From: Veleropilina oligotropha
Lineage: Eukaryota
DNA length: 20,000 nucleotides
Assembly (NCBI GenBank): GCA_048128005.1
Contig: JBEUKZ010000064.1
Location: 556,300-576,299 of the forward strand
Reading direction: 5' to 3'
Shown here: in pieces, positions 11,357 to 20,000 of the stretch
Numbering within the stretch: position 1 is the first letter of the stretch
Layout: every line of letters begins with the position of its first letter
Notes under the pieces: generated by a model
The model's input: only the letters and a program-made list of their open reading frames with translations
What the model was told of the DNA's origin: nothing
The model's database searches: none
Program-made: the position numbers and the translations under genes

Positions 11357-13759
11357 CTAAACATCTGATGCATATTTCATCAGATTGCTGGCATTGTTAG
11401 ATTCATCCTCATAGTCACTGAAGTCACCGCTATCTGAGACCATCGCTTTGCTCAGCTCTTCTATGTCCCTATCTTCATCATCACTTGACTGTGAGCCCGA
11501 TACAGACTCTTTGGCACCCTGGACATCAACATGTTGATCAGCTACCTCATGTCCTCTGGCTGGCTCACCTTCGATATCAGGCTGATCTTTGTCGCAAATG
11601 ATGTCTTCGTTGGACAACTGAACCAGACGATCATTGTTGATAGTTTCTGCTGTTCTCCTCCTATAGTTGAGTCTTCTTTGTCTAAGAGGAGCTGCTATCC
11701 AACGGTCAATAACCTCATCCGGTACAAATTTGTCGACAGAGGGAGATTCAAGTTTGACCATCATCAAGTCAATCAATGTTGTTGACCGGAGTCTTGATCT
11801 ACGATTTGTCTTGATCAATTTCATTTGATTAAATGATGTCTCGCATGACACCGATGTTGGCGGTAAACTAAATAACAGGTCAAATAATAGAAGAACGTTT
11901 GGCATCGTATCTGAAAATTCTGAATGAACATCCGACCATTGAAGAAACTGCATCTTGGTTCCATGACGTTTGTATACCAGTTTCTTTAGTAGACGCCATT
12001 CTCGGAGAACAATATCCTTCTCATCAACCCCAGCTTGCTTTGTAGTTTGCGAGTAGTGATTTAACACAGATGTAATCTCAGAATCACCATAATCCTGAAC
12101 AGCTTCGCTGCCTTGTGCTGGCCAGCATTTGAAGTTACAAATTCGTGTGGCTTCTATTATTCCCGATTGAGACTCATGCAGGGAAAAGCGAGCAGTGATT
12201 GCTTTGATGAGATTGTCAATAAGGCTATCCTTGTAAGATAGAGTCAATTTGCCTGTTCCTTTGGTGACTGGTACTCCATGATATGTCCCAGAATCCAAGA
12301 GGGTGTTAAGAGCCGTGCTATTCTTAGTTTTACACTCTTCTAATAGCTCAACAGTGGATTCGGACCATGTATGAACATCTGCTAATGTCACTCCACCTTT
12401 CTGAAGTTGTAGGGACAACTTGTGCAAAGGATCAAGCAACTCCTGCAACAGTAAAATGAATGCCATTAAATGTTTATCAAGCAACAACTTGGCTAACCCT
12501 TCAGCTTTGGCATTACCGTGGCTGGCCGAGCCTAAATGAGCATCATAGGCTGGGTATGTCCTAGAGAGACTATTGATGGCACGAGTTAAATGCGGCAGCC
12601 AGCGGGTACCTTTAAGTTTAGGTGGAAGGAGACCATTGATATTGAGACACTTCATCGCCGCTAGGAGGCCTTTCTTCTGCTTATCACTTTTTGTGTAGAA
12701 GTAGAAAAGTCCAATAAGAAGAGTATTCATCTTTTCATACGATTTATTGCCTTTCAGTGCATCCCTGAATGCAAGTTCAAGACGATGGCATAAACAGTGA
12801 ATGCTTAGTAATTCAGGATATTCTCTTTTCATTAAAGTAGCCAATCCTCCTTTACATCCAGTCATGTTGGAGGCACCGTCACTTCCCATTCCAATAAGTT
12901 TACCATCCCGAGCAAACTTTTCAATACCTGTTGAATTAAATACGTCATGAAGAAACGTGTGAAGATCATTTGCGGCGGTGCTTGATGGAGATCCAATATG
13001 AAGAAACTTCTCATATACATTACCACTGAGAGCAGTCCTTAGATATATACTCTCTTGTTCATCCCCAGCAATGTCAGTGCTGCCATCCATCATAAAACTA
13101 AAGAAGGGTATTTTTTCCAAAAGGTTTTTTATTTCATCTCTCTGATTGTCAGCAATACATGCAATGAAATGCAATGCAGCTTTTTCATTGACATACGTAT
13201 CACCAAGATCTATCCCTTTGGCCTTATCCAGCTTTGCTAACCATGTGTAGTCTGTCAGAGGTCTATTTTGCTTTGCTACGGCATGGGCATTTCGGACAAG
13301 GTATGCAATTTTATATCTGTCCGAGGCCTTCAATGACTGAAGTGTACGGCCTGCTTTGGAGACAGCTATGTCGTGCTGGTTACTTTGGCGAGCTCTAGTT
13401 ATTTGCGAAGCAGTTATGTGGGATTTGCACTGTTCATGATCAATGATAGCCGATTTCTTTAAGTTTCCTGAACCATTCATGATAAAAGTGTTTTGTCCTT
13501 TCAAGTTACCTGTGGGTGGACGTTGTGTGTCACTGTTGTAATAGTCCACACATACTTTGCATTTCATAGTTTTGTGCGTTTCATCATATTCCAACCACTC
13601 TCTGTTTATTTTCCACGATTCACTGAATACTCGATCTGGTCTCTTCTTTTCATACTTTTTGCGTTTCTCTAAAGCAATTTTTTCTGAATCGATCGCTGGT
13701 GGACGTTTTCCAACTTTTCCAGGGATAGCCCCATCGCGAAATTTCAAAAAAGGTATCAT
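11357..13759 (-). CDS. hAT-family transposase (ZNF862-like), 800 aa, uninterrupted
   Basis: N-terminal TTF-type zinc finger (W..WL..CKVC..HEQCKSH), catalytic D (FMMDGSTD), second D (GSDGASNM), CxxH (HCLCHRLEL), TRW, catalytic E in a hATC dimerisation motif (PPTSVSCETSFNQMKLIKT), and an acidic tail. Confidence 0.92.
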   Translation of the reverse strand: MIPFLKFRDGAIPGKVGKRPPAIDSEKIALEKRKKYEKKRPDRVFSESWKINREWLEYDETHKTMKCKVCVDYYNSDTQRPPTGNLKGQNTFIMNGSGNLKKSAIIDHEQCKSHITASQITRARQSNQHDIAVSKAGRTLQSLKASDRYKIAYLVRNAHAVAKQNRPLTDYTWLAKLDKAKGIDLGDTYVNEKAALHFIACIADNQRDEIKNLLEKIPFFSFMMDGSTDIAGDEQESIYLRTALSGNVYEKFLHIGSPSSTAANDLHTFLHDVFNSTGIEKFARDGKLIGMGSDGASNMTGCKGGLATLMKREYPELLSIHCLCHRLELAFRDALKGNKSYEKMNTLLIGLFYFYTKSDKQKKGLLAAMKCLNINGLLPPKLKGTRWLPHLTRAINSLSRTYPAYDAHLGSASHGNAKAEGLAKLLLDKHLMAFILLLQELLDPLHKLSLQLQKGGVTLADVHTWSESTVELLEECKTKNSTALNTLLDSGTYHGVPVTKGTGKLTLSYKDSLIDNLIKAITARFSLHESQSGIIEATRICNFKCWPAQGSEAVQDYGDSEITSVLNHYSQTTKQAGVDEKDIVLREWRLLKKLVYKRHGTKMQFLQWSDVHSEFSDTMPNVLLLFDLLFSLPPTSVSCETSFNQMKLIKTNRRSRLRSTTLIDLMMVKLESPSVDKFVPDEVIDRWIAAPLRQRRLNYRRRTAETINNDRLVQLSNEDIICDKDQPDIEGEPARGHEVADQHVDVQGAKESVSGSQSSDDEDRDIEELSKAMVSDSGDFSDYEDESNNASNLMKYASDV

Positions 13760-14116
13760 TTATCATATAATAGAATAGATTAATACGAAATTATTAATTC
13801 GGAAACCGCGTAGCGAGTCACAGTGTACAAGACAACGGTACGACACTACGTGTTATTCCATAATTCATTTTATTCAACAAAATGGATTTGTCACGATATA
13901 ATGACTGCTTAACTTTCGACTAGCCTACATTTTATATACGTTTTGTCGTAGCTTGGGTTGCATCTCGCGTCGCACGGTATGGTATATGTTTAATTACATC
14001 ACCAGACTAAATAATATCAGCTATCATTCATCTCAAATCAACATTTTCTAGATATAATATTACACTGTGACATCTAGCTGTTTTATTCTGACAAGTGTTG
14101 TTGATCCTGCATTCTA

Positions 14117-14451
14117 AGTTGTAAACAAAAGCGGTCATTGTGTGATGTCACTGTCTGGCCAGTCACTGCCAGGTGTTAAATTTGACCCAGTTTCGCGGGT
14201 TTGCATATATGCTTAAATTATACTAGCCAATGAAATAAAAACAAGTTGACAAACAAGACTTAAAAGACATCGTTTTATTGGTCAACTATTGCATGGAGAG
14301 CTACAGACTGTCGCAAATCAGCGACTTTGTAACACGCGACGTCGGGCCCGCTTGGGGATTATAGAGGGTGAATTTAGCACGTCTGTAGACGTGATTGGGG
14401 ACTGGGAGCACATAAATACAACGTCAAAAGGCGGGATTGGTACGTAATGAG
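14117..14451 (-). mobile_element. dispersed repeat A, inverted copy 3
   Basis: Reverse complement of 4178-4540. The outer end is followed by TTAA (14452-14455), suggesting a piggyBac-like terminus. Confidence 0.75.
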
Positions 14452-14599
14452 TTAATGGAAAGTGTGTTAAACGTTATAGCGTAAATGACATGGTAGTAAA
14501 AACTTGTAGTCAATTAGTGTTCTCAAAAGTAGTCCAACGTAACTAACAAAGTACCCGACGAACTAAATTACGATAAGATCGACCATCATTTGACCTGAA

Positions 14600-14688
14600 A
14601 ATATTATGTCGCGCGTATAAGTCGACCCCCCCAACTGAGCCATCAAAAGTTTGGAAAATCCTCGACTTATACGCGAGTATATACGGTA
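14600..14688. mobile_element. orphan right end of a pogo/Tc2-like element
   Basis: ...tcgacttatacgcgagtatatacgg|TA terminus with a perfect internal inverted 14-mer (14612-14625 and 14662-14675). Confidence 0.55.
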
Positions 14689-14796
14689 TGATTAATTTTA
14701 TGGCAAAAAAGTTTTTACAATATTTCATATCTTTACCGAACTAAAATCAGAAGAGGAGGCTGCTTCCTCTGCCTCAGCTTGATTGTGGCCCTGTTC

Positions 14797-14940
14797 TTTG
14801 TTCAATTATCAATCACAGTTGTCCATAACTGTCCGGAGAGGGCGGGTTTACTCGAGTGACCAGATATTCCTCCCTCAATAATATTAACATGTCCTGGTTT
14901 GAACCTGAAGATTGTAAATATTATATCTATACAGGACATT
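14797..14940 (+). mobile_element. older, diverged 3' half of the same SINE family
   Basis: tttgttcaa..cacagttgtcc..gagggcgggtttac..ttcctccc..acatgtcctg..ttgaacct..tatacaggacatt is collinear with 15075-15208. Confidence 0.8.
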
Positions 14941-14965
14941 TTTTGTCTCTTATCCAAGAGAATTC

Positions 14966-15223
14966 AGGGCCGCTTCGGTAGCGCAGTGGGTAGAGTGTCC
15001 ACTCTAAATTCACTGGCTTGTTTCCGCTGACGCGAACAGTAGTGGGATCGACCCCCGGCTGAGGCAGCACACATTTGTTCAAGTTATGAAGCACAGTTGT
15101 CCGTGACTGGCCGAAGAGGGCGGGTTTACCCGGCAACCGGGGTTTCCTCCCGCGATAACACGGACATGTCCTGCCTTGAACCTCGATGTTATAAATATAC
15201 AGGACATTAAGCATAATTCCTCC
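14966..15223 (+). mobile_element. tRNA-derived SINE, young copy 2
   Basis: Near-identical to the reverse complement of 5458-5716. Perfect 12-bp TSD ccaagagaattc (14954-14965 and 15224-15235). Confidence 0.92.
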
Positions 15224-16979
15224 CCAAGAGAATTCCTGGTGAAATTAAATTTATAAATTAATAATACTTTGTACATAAAATAAAGCAATTCAGTAAATCA
15301 CTATATATACAAGTCTAAAATGTTCACAGATTTCTGTTATTTGCTTGAGTTTTATTTACATAATTTATAAAACATGCAGCAGCACAGATATAAAAATTAT
15401 ATATTATTCTTGGTGATCAAATATTTAGTTATTCTCCAAATAGGTAGTTAGTTACAAAACATGCACAAATATAAAATAAAATAGATTACTTCTAATAAAT
15501 AAACACAATCTGTCTGCATTGCATTGATCGAGCATTGACAGTGGTGCAATTCGAGGACCAGCAGCCACCAAAGGTCTAGGCCTAGACAGCCTATATTTAC
15601 AGCTTGTTTTCACTAGTCTAGTAAAGCCTGCATATTAATTATTATTTAAAACAGAAATACATCTGTAAAATAATATATATTTATTATTAGCAGAAGAAAT
15701 TTCATATATAACACAACATTTTGCCCATTCGGTAAATCTCACTTCAACATTGAGCTGTGCCGACTTCGCTGCTGACGGCAACGCATGAAATCTGGGGCTC
15801 GTATACAAACCTGGGGAAAGCGTAGGGTGTAGCTAGAAGGCCTAATAAATTGATTTAAATAAATGTGCCCATCTTGTAGTATATTTGTTTTAAATGTTCC
15901 TGGATTAATGCAAGTTTAATGTTGATGTACCATTTCTTCAATATTATTCCCGATAAATGAAGCACCTAGCGTTATTTTCTGACATCGGCCATCGGGTTAG
16001 TTAGACTGAATCTCCTTTGAATAAAGTTACCAAATGAGAACATGCAGTTTTCAACGTTGGGTATTGGAATTAAATATATTTTTTAACATTGTTTATGCCA
16101 AACCGTAGCAGAAAAATGACCGTACAGTTTTTTAGACACAAAACATACGCAAGACGTTATTATTATTTTCGCGGAAAACCGAACGGGAGGTCGAAGCTGC
16201 CATCCACACTGGCATCAATCGCAATCGCGAAACCCTCTATACTGAAATTCGTACAGTATTACCACAAAAGAAATGGGTAACAAATGACGCTGACATAATG
16301 TAAACAAACACTGAAATAGGTCAGTGCTAAAGCAGCAAATTTGTTACAATACTCTCGTGACGTCGCATCAGGGCTTGACACAGCTGGGCGCTCGCACTTC
16401 GTTTTCATGAGGCGGATAACAAAAATCGTTATAACTATTAAATTGTATAACATATTTAAAGATGCACATATGCAATATATAAGTTACATATTGGTGTATT
16501 AGAATAACTAGAGACTAGAACTCATTCAACTAACACTTTAATTAAGGATTTTTTTATTTAAATTTTTATGATCAAGCTAGCCTACCCCAAAATAACCCAT
16601 TAGCAAATAGTTACTCATATATATGTACTATAATAATTTTCAAGGTCAATTTCTCACGGCATTTGAAAAAGTTTTACAAATATGCCACATAACATTGTGT
16701 GGGCAAATCCCTGACTCCCCCCAATATACGTTTATCCTTTTACATTACAAAAGCAATAAATTTAAGTGACCATACTGTAGGTCTAATAGTAGGCTTTATT
16801 CACTACTGTTTGCACCACTAGATCTTATTATTTATATAATAGGCCTATCGTTGGATGCGCAGGGTTTCATTTACGCTCATGTTTCTGTCATGAAAATGCT
16901 AACAAATTATTGAAATATGGAAAGCAACAAATATCATGCATCAATGTGTGAGATTATACGGTGGTGCACTTTTATAAAA

Positions 16980-17499
16980 GGATGTGGCTATAGAACCGGA
17001 TCCGACTTTCTTGAACTAAAGAACCGGACCGCCACTTATTGGTCAAATATGTCACGTGTCACGCGCTTTCAGACGGAGGTTTACGTGTTATAGTGTTATT
17101 AATCAGGACGAGTTTTTTCTTCTTTAGGCCTGCGGCCCGAATTCTGCCCATCTTATATACATGTTGTGTAGAAAACTACTAAAACCTCCATGTCTTATAT
17201 ATTTGCCCATGACGCGGCTTCAAGCCCTGATCGGGCATTCATTTGTATTACTATAATTTAGGCAAGACTTATAGGGAAGGATGCGCCAATAAGTTACGTT
17301 CTTCTTGTTTTCGTAAATGGTTAACGCCGTTAATAATTCATTTAATGACGAAAACTCGGAACCAACACGCAACTGCAGTTGCAGCAGCCATGTTGGAATC
17401 GAACAGTTAGCACGTGACATATTTGACCAATAAGTGGCGGTGGTCCGGTTCTTTAGTTTTAGAAAGTCGGGAACCGGATCCGGTTCTATAGCCACTTCC
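16980..17499 (-). mobile_element. MULE/Mutator internal-deletion derivative
   Basis: TIRs of about 80-90 bp start GGA(T/A)GTGGCTATAGAACCGGATCCG, with a 9-bp TSD TTTATAAAA (16971-16979 and 17500-17508). The internal minus-strand peptide LRVGSEFSSLNELLTALTIYENKKNVTYWR resembles a ZSWIM3/FAR1-like MULE transposase N-terminus. Confidence 0.75.
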
Positions 17500-17671
17500 T
17501 TTATAAAATATGCATTTTATGACAGAAACATGAGCGTCAATTAAAACCCCACGCATCCAGCAACACGTGATCGCCACGTTGTGTACGCGCAAAGCGTATC
17601 CGCACGTGTATTTTAAAATAAATAAAGATTTCCTGATATACCATGGACAAAACGTCCTTTTGATTTCTCAC

Positions 17672-17728
17672 CTTGGCACCAATCTGGTTACCGCACTGTC
17701 CAGCTTGAAGATGTACAATTTCTCGCAT
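17672..17728 (-). CDS. TUBB: beta-tubulin coding exon 1 (MREIVHLQAGQCGNQIGAK)
   Basis: Canonical beta-tubulin N-terminus with the MREI autoregulation motif. The 57 nt end at AAG|GTGAGA, a phase-0 donor at the conserved first-intron position. Confidence 0.97.
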
Positions 17729-17817
17729 GATGATGGTTATAAAAGACTTGTAAAATTACGTAAAATTGATTTTTGAAATCGTCCGCCTAAACAACAACCT
17801 TCTCCGATCTTTGTTTC

Positions 17818-17900
17818 TGAGTCACTACTGTTTCTTTGAATTGAATTCGGACGCGCGACAGTTTTTAAATGACGTCACGTGATTGTCTTTAACGTCACAA
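17818..17900 (-). promoter_or_regulatory. putative beta-tubulin core/proximal promoter
   Basis: Minus strand: TATA-like TTTAAAAA (17869-17862) about 27 nt upstream of Inr-like TCAATTC (17844-17838). Perfect CRE TGACGTCA (17870-17877) overlaps E-box CACGTG (17876-17881). AP-1 site TGAGTCA at 17818-17824. Confidence 0.55.
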
Positions 17901-18095
17901 TCAGCTGTCGTCCTTGCGATGCATACTAAAACTGATTGACAAGTGCTTAATTAACGTTGTGCGCCATAAAATTGTTCGCTTTATCGTTAACGGCTATGTC
18001 CGCAGTACATTTTGTGGACATTTCAATAAAAGAAATAATAAAATTTAACACATACTACATAATAAGTATTATATATTAATATAATATGTAGTATA

Positions 18096-18540
18096 CAGGC
18101 GCGGATCCAGGGGGGGGGGGGGGGGGGCGGGCGCCCCCCCCCCCCCCCTAAAGTTGGCCAAGCATACTAAAATATTAAGTATAATCTGATACAAATGACT
18201 TTCAGAACATTATAAATAGGCTGTTGCAATTTAATGCAGGAGGGGGGATTTCACATCGTTAATTGTCAAAATTTTCTTGCGCATGGGGCGCCGACCCGAC
18301 GCGGACAATTCAATTATGGCAAAATAAAATACAAATTTGACTCGTGCTATTTGAGTGACGGTGGTTCATAAAAAGTTAGAATGAAATATCGCTTTTGCCT
18401 TGTCAGAGTGCAGGAGAGGGGATTTCAGGCCATTGATTCTCAAAATTTTCTTTCGCGTGGGGCCCCGCCCCCACGCGAACAGTTGATAGTAAATTCAGCG
18501 CCCCCCCCCCCCCTAAGCGAAATTCCTGGATCCGCGCCTG
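18096..18540 (+). mobile_element. MITE with 5-bp TSD (hAT5-like), copy 1
   Basis: Perfect 16-bp TIR CAGGCGCGGATCCAGG. TSD GTATA at 18091-18095 and 18541-18545. Poly-G and poly-C subterminal tracts. Confidence 0.88.
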
Positions 18541-19005
18541 GTATATGTGCTAAATTTTATTATTTCTGGTATGAAGCGTCTTCGCTGGGTATGAAATTCA
18601 GCATATTTATTGTCATTAGAGAAATAAATTGAACCCGCGTTCTAGAACACTGTCCTACACACCACATCTAGCTAAGCTATATATCCGTCTCATCGAGTAG
18701 TGTTCGTAGCGTCCTGTCCTCGTCTGGTACGCTGGACCGTCCTCGCCTGGTACGCTGTAACGTCCTCGCAGAGAGGACATAATTAAGAGAGATAACGCGT
18801 GTAGTTAAAAAAACTTTTGTACTCCGCCATGTAGCACTCACTATAGTTTCTGGCACTAATAATGAGTTTTTAAATCTTTCATTGGTATACAGTATTATTT
18901 TATGCCTCACAATCAAATACTAGATAACTGAACAGAGAGATGCCCTGCCGTGGATTCGAATCCTCTCCTGTTTACAAATTGCAGTCAAGCACGAGTGAAT
19001 CAGAG

Positions 19006-19277
19006 CCGGTGTAAGATTGAAAAGGCACCCCCGTTGAAAAGTGACCCCTGCGGTCACTTTTCAACGTTGAATAATGGCCTTGGGTGCCTTTTCAACTGTT
19101 GAATAATGACCCCGGGTACCTTTTCAACATTGAATAAAGACCCCGTGTATGTTTTCAACTGATGGGGGTCATTTTTCAATGGCTCTCACACGGATTGAAA
19201 AGGCACCCCCGTTGAACATATGTCCTATCGTCACTTTTCAACTGTTGAATAATGACCCCGGGTACCTTTTCAACGTT
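19006..19277. repeat. small element built of ~29-30-bp self-complementary tandem units
   Basis: Units resemble gttgaataatgaccccgggtaccttttcaac. Ends ccggtgtaag (19006) and tcacacgg (~19193), followed by a partial repeat of the array. Confidence 0.7.
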
Positions 19278-19409
19278 TTAATAGGCTACATGCTAGTCGT
19301 AATCTGCAATGGTTAATATGAGCATGTCTGCTACCAGATGTATAATATGATGGTGGATACATTTTATTTCGGTTCAAATATGATTTCATTGCGTATATAG
19401 AAGGGTTCG

Positions 19410-19905
19410 TCGAATAATATGGGACCTAATATCGACCCCTGTGGGACGCCTGCATTGACTTCTAAGTAGAGAGACTTGGAACCTTCTATTGTTACTCTCA
19501 GGCGCGGATCCAGGAATTTCTCTGGAAATAAAATTTTGAAAATCAACCCCCTCTCCTGCACTCTGACAGGGCAAAAGCGATATTTCAATCTAACTTTTTA
19601 TGAACCACCGTCACTCAAATACCACGAGTCAAATTTGTATTTTATTTTGTCATAATCGAATTGTCCGCGTGGGGTTGGTGCCCCACGCGCAAGAAAATTT
19701 TGACAATTAACGATGTGAAATTCCCCCTCCTGCATTATTACATTGCAACAGCCTATTTATAATGTTCTGAAAGTCATTTGTATCAGATTATACATATTAT
19801 TTTAGTATGCTTGGCCAACTATGGATCCGCGCCTGACTCTATAGATGCGATCGTCCTTCTAGGTAATTATGAAACCAATGAAGTAGTGAGCCAGATATCC
19901 CAACT
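19410..19905 (-). pseudogene. degenerate CR1-like RT fragment split by MITE copy 2
   Basis: VGISGSLLHWFHNYLEGRS lies right of the MITE and RVTIEGSKSLYLEVNAGVPQGSILGPILF lies left of it. Confidence 0.8.
19499..19835 (-). mobile_element. MITE with 5-bp TSD (hAT5-like), copy 2, inverted
   Basis: Same TIR. TSD ACTCT at 19494-19498 and 19836-19840. The body is the reverse complement of copy 1 minus the GC-rich tracts. Confidence 0.88.
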
Positions 19906-20000
19906 TGTCTGTACATTGTATTGAACGAGGACGTACTGGGCGAGGACGTACTGACAGAGGACGTACTGAGCGAGGACACCCGGCTGCGAATACTGTTGGT

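Larger units (their letters stand above)
10895..13759 (-). mobile_element. hAT DNA transposon (3' TIR present, 5' TIR not found)
   Basis: hAT-type terminus CAGTGGTCCCCAATGGCC at 10895 with ACAGGACCG/CGGTCCTGT subterminal repeats, downstream of a hAT transposase ORF. Confidence 0.7.
18698..19995. mobile_element. degenerate TIR element enclosing the minisatellite, RT fragment and MITE
   Basis: Left end tagtgttcgtagcgtcctgtcctcgtctggtacg vs right end (rc) cagtattcgcagccgggtgtcctcgctcagtacg. GTCCTCG subterminal repeats occur at both ends, with a 15-bp period at 19925-19977. No TSD seen. Confidence 0.45.

Noticed and set aside
13660..13800. tubulin exon 1 splicing into the co-oriented transposase to give a fusion protein
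   Set aside because: No convincing in-frame phase-0 acceptor with a polypyrimidine tract near the transposase start. RNA evidence would be needed.
14968..15070. possible tRNA gene
   Set aside because: A and B boxes are present, but I could not fold a clean cloverleaf, and the sequence continues into a SINE body, tail and TSD.
4178..15223. single large inverted segmental duplication
   Set aside because: The order of the pairs is not mirror-symmetric and the two SINEs have different TSDs, so they are independent insertions.
18381..19588. paired ORFs starting MKYRFC
   Set aside because: Chance ORFs within the two MITE copies. The second runs into the RT fragment.

Overview
AT-rich eukaryotic DNA, most likely from a marine invertebrate (inferred from the repeat repertoire; species not determinable). 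The only host gene is a minus-strand beta-tubulin: a putative promoter near 17.82-17.90 kb, coding exon 1 (17672-17728), a 14,671-nt intron 1, and exon 2 (2892-3000). Later exons lie left of the window. Much of the rest is nested transposable elements. These include a frameshifted, 5'-truncated CR1/L2-clade LINE inside a TA-flanked MITE, an intact 800-aa hAT transposase ORF with only one recognisable TIR, four related tRNA-derived SINE copies, and Helentron-type (HINE) elements, one with a 156-bp satellite array. There are also a MULE deletion derivative with a 9-bp TSD, two MITEs with 5-bp TSDs, and several orphan termini. I see no convincing new multi-gene system. The most interesting signals are a SINE embedded in an ORF-intact hAT element, crossing inverted repeat pairs in the tubulin intron, and loss of both G/C tracts in one MITE copy.
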